From Nitrospinaceae bacterium (GTDB taxonomy: Bacteria; Nitrospinota; Nitrospinia; Nitrospinales; Nitrospinaceae), in assembly GCA_965237905.1 (NCBI GenBank), contig OZ250172.1:1632001-1696000 (forward strand): 64,000 bases of DNA, given 5' to 3'. Under the pieces are notes generated by a model. That model ran no database searches. It had not been told where the DNA came from and saw nothing but the letters and a program-made list of their open reading frames with translations. The translations under genes and the position numbers were made by a program. Shown piece by piece: positions 46,306 through 56,257 of this stretch (position 1 is its first letter; every line of letters begins with the position of its first letter).

Positions 46306-47970
46306 GTGGTAAATGGAAACAACATTCTAAGCGCAATCCTGGATATCCCGGTCAAACCGGAGCCGTCTTTCCAAGTGTCCCATTTGGAACAGAGCGCCAG
46401 TGAACGGTTTGACCACGTGTTCCAGGCCCGGACGGATTCCCATCAAAACGAGGCTCCTCCGGCTTCATCGCAATCCTTTGAAGCCAGGGAACGCCCGGCT
46501 CCAGAGCATCCAGCTCCGGTTGCAAGAGATGAACACACTCCTCCGCCGCACGCTGAGGATCAACACAACGATTCACGTCCCGTAACCCCGGACAGTGAAC
46601 GGCGAGGTCCGGCTCCATCGCATGTTGATGAGCCGACATCCAAAGCACCCATCAACCCCTTTGCATTACCGCTGGAACGATTGGAGCGGGATTTGAACGC
46701 GACCGATAGCGCTCCGGGTTTGGTTGGTAACACGAATCAAGCCGCGACCGATGTGTTGGCAGGCCTTTTTGATTCTCAGGGTTTGAATCTTGCGGAAACT
46801 CATGGTTTGAACACAGAGGGATCCCCGGCCATCGATATGCTTAAGGAATTGCTGGCGAGTTTGAATATCGATTCGGAAACCATCGACACACTGATCGAAG
46901 CATTGAATAACGGAGACGCGGCGGGCGTGCAAGGCATCCTCAACGCCCTGCGCGGTTTACTCCAGGCGTCTAATCAGGTGGCTCAGGCCCCTGTGGCGGA
47001 ACTCGTTGCTGAAGTTGCGGCGAACCGGTTGAACCAACCGGAACAACGGGCATTGGCCCTCCTGCAACGTGCCGGATTGACGCAGGAAGAAGCGCAACAG
47101 GTGATCCAACAAGTACGCGCCGGTACCACCGCACAACCCGCCACTGACAACTCAACGCAACTGGCAAAAACCGCCATTGATGCCATCGCGTCCAAACTGA
47201 ATTCAGAAAACTCCAACGGCTCCGGGAATCTGCAAAACGGCGACTCCAGTGGTTCCGCCAAAAATGCTTCTGAAGGCCCGCGCAATTTTACGGGACTGGC
47301 GGCGGAGCGGCTGGAAACACTGGCTTCTCTGATTGCACCGGATAAAGCCGGCAACGCGCAAACCAATCCGTTGATTGCAAAACTGTCCGCATCTCCCTTG
47401 TTGAATCTGAACGCATCCGGGCAACCGGCTCAGGGTGTTCTGGCAGAGGGGACGCAGGCTTCCGCAGCGGTAGCCGACGCGGCCTCCAAGGGTGTGGAAT
47501 TTGTGAAACTGGCGGTGACGGAAACGTACAACGGACGAGCATCGATGGATAAGCCCATCACTGCACAGATCATCGAAAAATTCAGCCTGCGGGGTTTTGG
47601 CAATCAGAGGGAAGTGCATATCAAACTGGACCCTCCCTCTCTTGGAACCATTCGCATGAATGTATCGACCAACGGTGAAACCGTGCGTGCCACGATCGTC
47701 GCGGAAAACAGTGTTGTGAAATCAATCATTGAAAACAATTTATCGCAGTTGAAAGACTCTATCACCCATCAGGGCGTCAAGATTGACAGTTTCAACGTAC
47801 TGGTGGGCGGCAATGCCAGCCATTCGGCGGAAGGACATAAATCCGCTTTGGGTTATCTTGGACAATTGGGACGGGAAGGGTCTATGGCCCATGAACAAGC
47901 AGAAGAAGTAGTGACTTTGCACCGACCCATTTTTTTGAATGAAAACCAATCCTTCAGCATCTTCGCCTGA
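46306..47970 (+). CDS. fliK: Flagellar hook-length control protein
   Basis: Low-complexity N-terminus; IKLDPPSLGTI..V.......V.A.I..EN..V...IE.NL..LK; precedes flgD. Confidence 0.88.
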   Translation: MVNGNNILSAILDIPVKPEPSFQVSHLEQSASERFDHVFQARTDSHQNEAPPASSQSFEARERPAPEHPAPVARDEHTPPPHAEDQHNDSRPVTPDSERRGPAPSHVDEPTSKAPINPFALPLERLERDLNATDSAPGLVGNTNQAATDVLAGLFDSQGLNLAETHGLNTEGSPAIDMLKELLASLNIDSETIDTLIEALNNGDAAGVQGILNALRGLLQASNQVAQAPVAELVAEVAANRLNQPEQRALALLQRAGLTQEEAQQVIQQVRAGTTAQPATDNSTQLAKTAIDAIASKLNSENSNGSGNLQNGDSSGSAKNASEGPRNFTGLAAERLETLASLIAPDKAGNAQTNPLIAKLSASPLLNLNASGQPAQGVLAEGTQASAAVADAASKGVEFVKLAVTETYNGRASMDKPITAQIIEKFSLRGFGNQREVHIKLDPPSLGTIRMNVSTNGETVRATIVAENSVVKSIIENNLSQLKDSITHQGVKIDSFNVLVGGNASHSAEGHKSALGYLGQLGREGSMAHEQAEEVVTLHRPIFLNENQSFSIFA

Positions 47971-48011
47971 CGGAATTGGAGACAATAAAGTTTTAGCAGG
48001 AGGCAGGACTC

Positions 48012-48671
48012 ATGATTGAAGGAATTATACCCAGCGCAGGATCAACCTCGTCAACCACCCCAACAAGTGCGCAATCGCCGTTGGGTAAGGAGGATTTCCT
48101 CCAGTTGCTGGTGGCCCAGCTCAGCGCTCAGGATCCGTTGAATCCAATGGACAGCCGTGAGTTCAGCGCTCAGTTGGCCCAGTTCAGCGCCCTGGAGCAG
48201 ATGACCAACATCAACACCACTTTGGAAGACCTGGTCAAGGCGCAACAGGCTATGGGTAATTCCTCGCTGATCAGCCTCATCGGCAAACTCGTCGACATCC
48301 CCGGCGATTCGTTTGAGCATACGCAGGGGAAGACGACCAACCTGACGTATAGCCTCAATGCGGAAGCCAGCACGACGAAAATTGAAATCTATAACAGCAC
48401 TGGAGCCCTTGTGAACACCCTCAACGGTCCCGGCGCGAAAGGCGGCAACCTGACCATTTGGAACGGACTCGACAGCCAGGGCAACCCTGTCGGTTCCGGG
48501 TTCTACACCTTTAAGGTTCAAGCAACGGATGCCGCAGGGAAAGTCGTCACTGCCGAGACATTCACCACCGGCTTGGTAACCGACGTGCTGTTTGAGGAAA
48601 ACGAAGCGTTCGCTGTGGTCAACGGTCAGAAACTGCCCGCTGAACAAATTACGAGAGTATCCATCAACTAA
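48012..48671 (+). CDS. flgD: Flagellar hook capping protein
   Basis: [34 protein letters not shown]. Confidence 0.95.
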   Translation: MIEGIIPSAGSTSSTTPTSAQSPLGKEDFLQLLVAQLSAQDPLNPMDSREFSAQLAQFSALEQMTNINTTLEDLVKAQQAMGNSSLISLIGKLVDIPGDSFEHTQGKTTNLTYSLNAEASTTKIEIYNSTGALVNTLNGPGAKGGNLTIWNGLDSQGNPVGSGFYTFKVQATDAAGKVVTAETFTTGLVTDVLFEENEAFAVVNGQKLPAEQITRVSIN

Positions 48672-48688
48672 GAAGCAGGAGAAAGGTT

Positions 48689-49945
48689 ATGTCACTTATA
48701 GGAACACTAACAACGGGCGTTTCGGGAGTTTTAACCAATTCCCGCGCACTGAATATCATTGGGGATAACATTTCCAACGTCAATACCACAGGATTTAAAA
48801 GCAGTAAGGCTGTTTTTGGCGACTTGTTCAGCACTTCGCTGTCCGGTGGCACCCTGACTTCGCAGGTGGGCAAGGGCGCTCAGTTACTGGGTTCCCTCCA
48901 ATCGTTCGAGCAGGGAGCCTTCGAAAATTCCACCAGCGCTTTGGACCTCGCTATTGACGGCAACGGATTTTTCATCGTCAACGACGGCACCGGCAACTTT
49001 TACACCCGCGCAGGGCAATTCCGCATAAACGAAAACGGATTGGTAGAAACCCTCACCGGTGAAGTCCTGCAAGGATTTCAAATTACCAATAATGTGGTGG
49101 GCACGACGCTGACGGATGTCAGTTTGACCGGCCTTCAATCCTCGCCCCAGGTCACGACGGCATTTATCCTGGGCGCGCAGTTGGACGGTTCGGAGGTAGC
49201 CGGGTTTACCTTCAACTCACCCATCCAGATTTTCAACTCGGTGGGTAGCCAGGATATTTTGAATGTCCAATTCACCAAGGTAGCCACTGCGGGTAATGAC
49301 TGGACCGTCGCAATCACGTCCTCCATCGGAGTTGTCGCGTCCACGGTCCCAGCTGGACCTTTAACGCTAAACTTTGACACTGCGGGTCAGCTGACAGGAA
49401 TCAACGGCGGCGCCTTGTCGGATGTGACAATCAACCTCACTTATATTGCATCCGCGCCTCCGGCCGCGGCCCAAGCCGTAGTCTGGGATTTGGCAGACGC
49501 TTCCCTCGTCCCCGTCAGCAATGGTGATATGACCGCGTTTGCCACGAGTTCGAGCAACAACTCGGTGATTCAGGACGGATTCGGGTCCGGTATCCTGATC
49601 GGCGTGGCGGTGGATTTCGATGGCACGGTTGCCGGATTATTCGACAACGGTCAATCGCAACCGCTGTTCCAGCTGGGTCTGGCGAACTTTTTGGCGCCGA
49701 CCGGTTTGACGCGGTTGGGACAAAACCTGTTCGGCGAGTCGCGCCTGTCGGGTCAGCCGATTATCTCCCTGCCGGAAACCGGGGCTTTTGGTTCCGTGCT
49801 GGGCAACACGTTGGAATTATCGAACGTGGACCTGGCCGAACAGTTCGTGCAATTGATCAAAACCCAGCAGGCCTTCCAGGCCAGCGCACGAATCATCAGC
49901 ACCACGGATGACTTGCTTACGGAAACGGTGAACCTGACGCGTTAA
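48689..49945 (+). CDS. flgE: Flagellar hook protein
   Basis: IGDNISNVNTTGFK; DLAIDGNGFF; YTRAGQF; LELSNVDLA.QFV.LI..Q.AFQA. Confidence 0.95.
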   Translation: MSLIGTLTTGVSGVLTNSRALNIIGDNISNVNTTGFKSSKAVFGDLFSTSLSGGTLTSQVGKGAQLLGSLQSFEQGAFENSTSALDLAIDGNGFFIVNDGTGNFYTRAGQFRINENGLVETLTGEVLQGFQITNNVVGTTLTDVSLTGLQSSPQVTTAFILGAQLDGSEVAGFTFNSPIQIFNSVGSQDILNVQFTKVATAGNDWTVAITSSIGVVASTVPAGPLTLNFDTAGQLTGINGGALSDVTINLTYIASAPPAAAQAVVWDLADASLVPVSNGDMTAFATSSSNNSVIQDGFGSGILIGVAVDFDGTVAGLFDNGQSQPLFQLGLANFLAPTGLTRLGQNLFGESRLSGQPIISLPETGAFGSVLGNTLELSNVDLAEQFVQLIKTQQAFQASARIISTTDDLLTETVNLTR

Positions 49946-49965
49946 TCGTCAACCTCACCAAATTT

Positions 49966-49996
49966 AAAACCCGGACCCCAGGGTCCGGGTTTTTTT
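49966..49996. terminator. Bidirectional terminator after flgE
   Basis: AAAACCCGGACC / GGTCCGGGTTTT hairpin with T7 run. Confidence 0.85.
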
Positions 49997-50825
49997 ATTG
50001 GGCGCAGCGGAAACCCTGCCAGACTTTGAAGACGTTGGGGTGTTCGTTGAGGCGATATGTGGTGCGCATGTAGTAGGCTTTGTAGTACCAATTGCCGCCG
50101 CGCAGGACTTTGCTGATTCCCGTTTCCGGGCCTTGCGGATCTTTTGCGGGCGAATGCTCGTAATAACTGTCTTCATACCAGTCCGCCGTCCATTCCCACG
50201 CGTTACCTGCCATGTGATGCACACCGTAGGGAGACTGTCCTGCGGGCAGGGTGTCGACCGGTTTCATGGCATCGAATCCGTATTTGGAAAACTTTCGGCG
50301 AAACGTGACGAAATCGTTGTGAGGAAATTGGTTGCCCCAGGGAAAAACCCTTTCATCGGTCCCGCGTGCGGCTTTTTCCCATTCGGCTTCGGTCGGCAGG
50401 CGCTGGCCCAGCGAACGGCAATAGGCATCGGCCCCATACCAGGACACCCGATTGGCAGGATGCTTCTCCAATCCCGGCCGTGGACGATACATGCCATCTA
50501 CTTTTTCGATGGTGACGGCGGTTCCCATTTCGATGTAGCGCTCTGCCTCATCGGAATGGGCGTTTAAAAAGTCAGCGAAGTCTTGAGCGGTCACCTCATA
50601 ACGATCGATGAAATATTCGCTGAGAGTGACTTCGTGGACTGGCTCTTCGTCGGTATCGCCCCACTCGTGTTCGTTTTCGATGACCGCACCCATGAGAAAG
50701 GGTCCGGCGGGAATACGCACCTTATTCTCACTCGAGGGCTGTGTCGGAGTTACTCCGTCACAACTCCAACTCCCGAGACAGAGCACGCATAAAATAAATA
50801 GTTTCCCGGATTCAATGATATTCAT
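49995..50825 (-). CDS. FGE-sulfatase (SUMF1/PvdO-like) domain protein, probable lipoprotein
   Basis: IPAGPFLMG; E.PVHEV; RLPTEAEWEKAARG; MAGNAWEW; RGG.W; GFRCA; lacks the catalytic Cys pair of true FGE. Confidence 0.88.
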   Translation of the reverse strand: MNIIESGKLFILCVLCLGSWSCDGVTPTQPSSENKVRIPAGPFLMGAVIENEHEWGDTDEEPVHEVTLSEYFIDRYEVTAQDFADFLNAHSDEAERYIEMGTAVTIEKVDGMYRPRPGLEKHPANRVSWYGADAYCRSLGQRLPTEAEWEKAARGTDERVFPWGNQFPHNDFVTFRRKFSKYGFDAMKPVDTLPAGQSPYGVHHMAGNAWEWTADWYEDSYYEHSPAKDPQGPETGISKVLRGGNWYYKAYYMRTTYRLNEHPNVFKVWQGFRCAQ

Positions 50826-50896
50826 TTGAACAATAGACCGGTAATTTATGGATCAAAGTAGGAAAAGATTGTAACAGGAAAGAAAGCGTGGAGAAA

Positions 50897-52699
50897 TTAT
50901 TTTTCGGGCGTCGCGGGCTGGGCGTCATCTGTCGTGGAATCGGAATTGCGAGGACTTAACAGGGAGCGTTCCTGTGGAAGAAAAACGTCGAAACAGGTGC
51001 CGCGGCCCGGCTCGCTTTCCACACCGATGTAGCCGGCAAACCGTTCCACAATCTGCCTGACCGTCGGCAGACCCAATCCCACGCCTTCTTCGCGAGTGGT
51101 GAAAAAGGGGTCGAAGATGCTTTCCAGTTCCTCCGGAGGAATGCCTCGGCCCTGGTCTTCCACGATGACCACCACTCCCCGCCGATTCGTTTCAAACTTC
51201 TTGTGTTGGTATCCTTCTACCTTTTTAATAGTCATCGTCAGGTTACCCGATTTATCCATGGCTTGGACTCCATTGATGCACAGGTTCCATATCATTTGCT
51301 TGATTTGGGCTTCTTCGCTCTGAATGATGATATGTTCAGGCGGAGCCACCAATTGGATATTAATACTCGGGTCATATTCATTACTGTTTTTCAGGAGAGT
51401 GACGATGTCCTGGAGCAATTGCGTTAAATCAATGACCGTGGCCTTGCTTTTCCGTGGCTGGGCATAGGACAGAAAATCGGTGACGATACCGTTGACCCGC
51501 TCTGTCTCCTTGAGAACAATATTCATCAACCGTTGCTGTTCTTCGTCGATTTTCAGAGTTGATTGCAGTACCTGAATGGAACCGCTGAGAGAAGCCAGGG
51601 GATTACGGATTTCATGGGCCAGGCCCGCAGAGAATTTCCCCACCGCCGCCAATTGCTCCGACTGTTTCATTTTCTCTTCCATATTATGGATCTCGGTCCG
51701 GTCTTCAAATACGCAAACATATCCTTCCACCTGCTGTTCCAGATTCTTTTTGGCATCCGCTTCCAGGCTTAACAGGTGACTGATTTTCATAGAGATCAAT
51801 ATGATTTCATCATCCCGCCTGACGCATTCTCCCTCCATATGATGGGGCATGGAGAATTGCTTTTCCTTATCCTTGAACAAATCAACCAACTCTCTCATGG
51901 GCAACAATTGATAACAATGCTTACCAATCGATTCATCCAGAGGAAATCCGGTAATACTTTCACAGGCAATGTTGACAGAAGTGATGCGTCCTTCAAGATC
52001 GGTGGTCATCAATCCGGTGACCATATTCTGGACCACATTTCGGTGAAACTCCTGAAGTTTTTTGAAATCGATATCTTTGGTCTGAAGTTCGTCTTTGATG
52101 AGTCTCAAGCGATTATTGAGGATACTACTGAGATACGCTACAGCAAAAAAGGAAGCGACATTGACCGCAATGGTGTAAAAAAGATAGGCCCCTTGAAAGG
52201 ACACAGTGGATTTGGGGAAAAAATAAATCGGTTGAATCACCCTGAAGTATTCCAGGTCAACCAGCAGGCCATAAATGATACTGGCTCCGGATGCGGTGAG
52301 ATAACTTGCCGCCCTGGGAAGCATGACGCTGGAGCCGACGATGACAAACAAGAACAAAAAGGAAAGAGGGCTTTCCACTCCCCCTGTCGCGAATATAATG
52401 CCACCGACCACGCACAGATCCCCCAAGACCTGGAACCAGGCTACCGACAGCAGATTCATTCCTATACGCAGGAAAAGGGCGCTGGTCAGCGCTAGGAAGT
52501 AAGCGGCGCACAGGACTGCGCTCAGGGGAACAATGGGGGTTTCCTGGAGGGAATTGCGCTCAAAGGCTATGACTAATAGAACGAACCCGGTCAGGAAAAC
52601 GATCCTCAAAACCATGGTCGTTTTGACCCGAAGGAGAAGTTCCTTATCCGGGTTTTCCCGCATTGGATTCATAGCGTTACCAGGCGGGAACAAAGCCAT
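50897..52699 (-). CDS. pilS: PilS-like membrane sensor histidine kinase with PAS domain
   Basis: Multi-TM N-terminus (TGG.ESP...L); AHEIRNPL; EDQGRGI; FDPFFTT; G.GLGL; follows pilC. Confidence 0.8.
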   Translation of the reverse strand: MALFPPGNAMNPMRENPDKELLLRVKTTMVLRIVFLTGFVLLVIAFERNSLQETPIVPLSAVLCAAYFLALTSALFLRIGMNLLSVAWFQVLGDLCVVGGIIFATGGVESPLSFLFLFVIVGSSVMLPRAASYLTASGASIIYGLLVDLEYFRVIQPIYFFPKSTVSFQGAYLFYTIAVNVASFFAVAYLSSILNNRLRLIKDELQTKDIDFKKLQEFHRNVVQNMVTGLMTTDLEGRITSVNIACESITGFPLDESIGKHCYQLLPMRELVDLFKDKEKQFSMPHHMEGECVRRDDEIILISMKISHLLSLEADAKKNLEQQVEGYVCVFEDRTEIHNMEEKMKQSEQLAAVGKFSAGLAHEIRNPLASLSGSIQVLQSTLKIDEEQQRLMNIVLKETERVNGIVTDFLSYAQPRKSKATVIDLTQLLQDIVTLLKNSNEYDPSINIQLVAPPEHIIIQSEEAQIKQMIWNLCINGVQAMDKSGNLTMTIKKVEGYQHKKFETNRRGVVVIVEDQGRGIPPEELESIFDPFFTTREEGVGLGLPTVRQIVERFAGYIGVESEPGRGTCFDVFLPQERSLLSPRNSDSTTDDAQPATPEK

Positions 52700-52739
52700 T
52701 CATTGATGGAGCCCCTTCCGGCCTTTGGATATGGAGGAA

Positions 52740-53933
52740 TTAAATGGTTTCGCCCATTTTGAAGATGGGAAGATACATCGCCACCACGATAAAACCAACT
52801 ATGATGCCCAGAAAAACCATCAGCGCGGGTTCGAGTAGAGCGGTCAAATTATCAACAGCGGTATCCACTTCTTCGTCATAAAAATCGGCGATTTTGGACA
52901 ACATGGCGTCCAGGGCACCGGCCGACTCACCGACATCGATCATCTGGATAACCATTGCGGGAAAAACGTTTTCACGGGCAAGCGGGGCGGCGATGGTTTC
53001 ACCCTCTTTGATGGCTTCAATCGTGTTCAAAATGGCCATCTCGACAATCTTGTTTCCCGAAGTCCGGGCACAGATATCCATTCCCTCAATCAAAGGAACG
53101 CCGCTGGAGATAAGGGTTCCCAATGTCCGGGCAAATTTGGCCGTCGATACTTTACGAATGAGTATGCCCACAACAGGAAGTTTCAAGAAAATCCGATCGA
53201 TTTCAATGTTACCCCGTTCTGTGGCATATACTTTTTTGAATAAAATGTAAAATAGAACAGGCCCGAAGAGAATGAAATACCATTGGTTCCTGAAAAAATT
53301 ACTGATGTTCATTACCAGCGCAGTGGGTCCGGGCAGTTCCGCACCTCCGCTTGAAAACATGGTGGCAAAAGTGGGAATAACGAAGTACATCAGAAACGCC
53401 ACAACTACGAAGGCAACCGTGACAATGGCTCCGGGGTAGACCATGGCGGATTTAACTTTCTTTTTCAGAGCCAGCGCTTTTTCAATGTAGTTCGCCAACC
53501 GGCTTAAGATGGTATCCAGAATACCCCCGGCTTCTCCGGCCTCCACCAGGTTGGCATATAAGGCATTGAACACTTTCGGATGCTTTCTCATGGCATCGGA
53601 AAGGTTACTGCCGGATTCAATATCGGTTTTAATTTTCATGATGACTTCGCCGAAGGACGGATTGTCGGATTGCTTTCCCAAAATTTCCAGGCATTGCACC
53701 AGGGGAAGGCCCGCGTCTACCATCGTGGAAAATTGGCGGGTGAAGATTACAATATCCCGCTCGGTAATCGGCTTTTTATTGCTGAGGAAATCGCTTTGAA
53801 ATTTCTTCTTAACGCTGGTGACCTTAATGTTCTTCTGCTTCAACTTCGAAATAGCACCCTGTTCGTCATCGGCTTCTATCTCGCCGCTTTGAACCTTTCC
53901 CTTGATCGTTGTCTTGTATTTATATGTCGGCAT
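52740..53933 (-). CDS. pilC: Type IV pilus platform protein
   Basis: FTRQFSTMVDAGLPL; AGEAGGILD; KVKSAMVYP; LLEP; AMYLPIF. Confidence 0.95.
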   Translation of the reverse strand: MPTYKYKTTIKGKVQSGEIEADDEQGAISKLKQKNIKVTSVKKKFQSDFLSNKKPITERDIVIFTRQFSTMVDAGLPLVQCLEILGKQSDNPSFGEVIMKIKTDIESGSNLSDAMRKHPKVFNALYANLVEAGEAGGILDTILSRLANYIEKALALKKKVKSAMVYPGAIVTVAFVVVAFLMYFVIPTFATMFSSGGAELPGPTALVMNISNFFRNQWYFILFGPVLFYILFKKVYATERGNIEIDRIFLKLPVVGILIRKVSTAKFARTLGTLISSGVPLIEGMDICARTSGNKIVEMAILNTIEAIKEGETIAAPLARENVFPAMVIQMIDVGESAGALDAMLSKIADFYDEEVDTAVDNLTALLEPALMVFLGIIVGFIVVAMYLPIFKMGETI

Positions 53934-53947
53934 ATCCTATTTGAATC

Positions 53948-54367
53948 CTAATGTTGCGATGAAAAAGAGGAAATAATACTACGCGTTTTCCCCAGTTCCA
54001 GACCTATCTTGGATAATTGGTCACTGGTATACCGCAACCGGTCGACCAGGGCTTTGACAATAGCCCGAACATCCTCTGGAAGTTTGGTTACAATAGCTTC
54101 AAATTGTTCTCTTTCAATCACCCCGATGGTCACGTTGCCCACCGCCACCACGCTGGCGCTTCTGACAGACTGGGAAATCAAACCCATTTCTCCAAATACC
54201 TCACCTTTGCTCAAGGTATTGATCAGAATACTTTTCTTGTCCACCTTTTTGGTGATGTTTACTTTTCCTTCAAAAATAATATAGGCATTATTGCTGACAA
54301 TACCTTCCGAAACAATAATATCGCCATTGGAGTATCTTTGAATATTTGGAGTTTCTTGAAATGACAT
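53948..54367 (-). CDS. Stand-alone cyclic nucleotide-binding domain protein
   Basis: GDIIVSEG; YIIFEGKV; GEVFGEMGL...VRSASVVA. Confidence 0.88.
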   Translation of the reverse strand: MSFQETPNIQRYSNGDIIVSEGIVSNNAYIIFEGKVNITKKVDKKSILINTLSKGEVFGEMGLISQSVRSASVVAVGNVTIGVIEREQFEAIVTKLPEDVRAIVKALVDRLRYTSDQLSKIGLELGKTRSIISSFSSQH

Positions 54368-54369
54368 GA

Positions 54370-55020
54370 TTAAAGTTTTCCGAGAGCAGTCATCGTTTCT
54401 CTATAAACTTTATAAAATGTATCATTATCTCCAATCGACTTCTTCAAAATCGTTTCCAGCTGGTCGAAATCACTTTGATTGATGGCCAAATTAACACTAT
54501 AGGCCAGGGCTTCCATATTATCCATGGTTTTAAAGTTTTCACCCACCATGACAACAAATGTCTTGCGCCGGGTATCCATGGACATATCCCTGATGAATTC
54601 ATAGAGAGGGCTGGTCTCTAAAGTAGAGTCCCCAAATTTTTCATGAAATGCAACCACATGATATTGATTGAATCTCAGCTTATGAACCGCATGTTCAGGG
54701 GATTTGGCTCTTTGAAGTTTATACTCCAATTCGGTTAAAGCAGTGGTCCAGAGATCGTCATTTTTCCGATCGAGAATAAGCGCGATCTTGTCGTGCTCGT
54801 CGTAGATTTCAATTTCTTCTTCGTCGTCCTGAAAATCCTCATCGACCAACATGGAGGTGGCATCCAAGGATCCAGGATCCGACGCCGGGGGCTTTAAATG
54901 CTGGTCCACCCGCATTTTGGTCTTGCAACTGGGGCAGGTCAGACTAAATGCCTGTCCTTTGGGGATTTTATTATCGGGTATATTGATTTCTCTGGCGCAA
55001 CTGGAACATCCTACCTGCAT
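54370..55020 (-). CDS. N-terminal zinc-ribbon protein with receiver-like C-terminal domain
   Basis: CSSC...IPDNKIP...CPSCKT; acidic linker; alpha/beta C-terminal domain. Confidence 0.65.
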   Translation of the reverse strand: MQVGCSSCAREINIPDNKIPKGQAFSLTCPSCKTKMRVDQHLKPPASDPGSLDATSMLVDEDFQDDEEEIEIYDEHDKIALILDRKNDDLWTTALTELEYKLQRAKSPEHAVHKLRFNQYHVVAFHEKFGDSTLETSPLYEFIRDMSMDTRRKTFVVMVGENFKTMDNMEALAYSVNLAINQSDFDQLETILKKSIGDNDTFYKVYRETMTALGKL

Positions 55021-55047
55021 ACCAATATCTCCAAAAGGCGGGCTCGA

Positions 55048-56250
55048 TCAGGCCCGTTTCCTCTTTTTAAGTTTAATCTTATTGGTGGTTGCTTTTGTAT
55101 AGCTTTCATCCATGGCAAGACCTTCAATATCCGTGGTTTTCTCACCTTTGCTGGCTTTGATACTGTCAATACCACGGGCCACTATCGCTCTACGGGTTGC
55201 GTAGCCTCTGGCCGTTCGCTCAGAAATCAGACCTTGTGCATACAACTTGACAATGTGCTGATCGAAGGTCCACATGCCGTAGGCATCGCCATCTCTAACG
55301 ATGTCATAAAAAGTTTTGTCTTCGGTTTCGCCATTCAGAATCGTATCTTTCACCCGCATATTGTTATTCATGATTTCGAGCAGAGCAATGCGTCCTCCGC
55401 CTTCTTTGGGCACCAGCCTTTGACTGATAACCCACTGCAAAGAATCGGCCAGGCGAATACGAATCGTCTGTTCCTCATCCTGGTTGAACATACCGATAAT
55501 CCGGTTAATGGTTTGACCGGCGTCAACGGTATGCAACGTACTCATGACCAAATGCCCGGTTTCGGCGGCGCTCATGCCGATTTCGACCGTTTCCCGGTCA
55601 CGCATTTCACCCACCAGAATGACTTTGGGCGCCTGACGCAAAGCGGCCCTGAGACCTGAGGAGAAGGTATCAAAGTCGCTCCCCAGTTCCCTCTGGTTGA
55701 AAGTGGCCTTAAGATGAGGGTGTACAAATTCCACCGGGTCTTCCAGGGTAATGATATGCACGGATTTTTCATGGTTGATCTTGTTGAGCAGAGCCGCCAG
55801 AGTGGTGGTTTTACCACTACCAGTGGCACCCGTTACCAGAACCAATCCGTTTTTCTCTTCCGCGGCTTTGCCAAACTGCGGCGGCAGTTTTAATTCTTCA
55901 ATCGAGGGAATCCGGGTTCCCAGTTTTCTTAAAACAATACTGTAACTGCCGCGTTGGGAAAAAATATTGACACGGAAACGGGCTTTGCCCTGGATAAAAT
56001 ACGAACAATCACAGGAGCCACTCTTAAGAATGATTTCCGTCAGCCGCCGGTCCGAGTTGATCAGGTTCAAGGCGATCACCTCGGCCTGAAATGGGGTTAT
56101 TTTCGGGACCGGAGGATGCACTTTGACTTGCGTTAACTTACCATTGGCTTCCACCTGGAAAGGCTGGCCGACGGTAATATTGAGGTCGGAGATGTTGCCA
56201 TAGGACTCCAACATGGTCGTCAAAAGGTAATCTACTTCTGCTTTTCTCAT
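55048..56250 (-). CDS. pilU: PilT/PilU-family retraction ATPase, PilU-like
   Basis: GATGSGKTT; TLEDPVE; LRQAPKVILVGEMRD; STLHT; no AIRNLIRE motif. Confidence 0.8.
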   Translation of the reverse strand: MRKAEVDYLLTTMLESYGNISDLNITVGQPFQVEANGKLTQVKVHPPVPKITPFQAEVIALNLINSDRRLTEIILKSGSCDCSYFIQGKARFRVNIFSQRGSYSIVLRKLGTRIPSIEELKLPPQFGKAAEEKNGLVLVTGATGSGKTTTLAALLNKINHEKSVHIITLEDPVEFVHPHLKATFNQRELGSDFDTFSSGLRAALRQAPKVILVGEMRDRETVEIGMSAAETGHLVMSTLHTVDAGQTINRIIGMFNQDEEQTIRIRLADSLQWVISQRLVPKEGGGRIALLEIMNNNMRVKDTILNGETEDKTFYDIVRDGDAYGMWTFDQHIVKLYAQGLISERTARGYATRRAIVARGIDSIKASKGEKTTDIEGLAMDESYTKATTNKIKLKKRKRA

Positions 56251-56257
56251 AAGTTTC

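Noticed and set aside
49995..50825. Active formylglycine-generating enzyme
   Set aside because: The catalytic Cys pair after RGG is absent and no sulfatase is adjacent.
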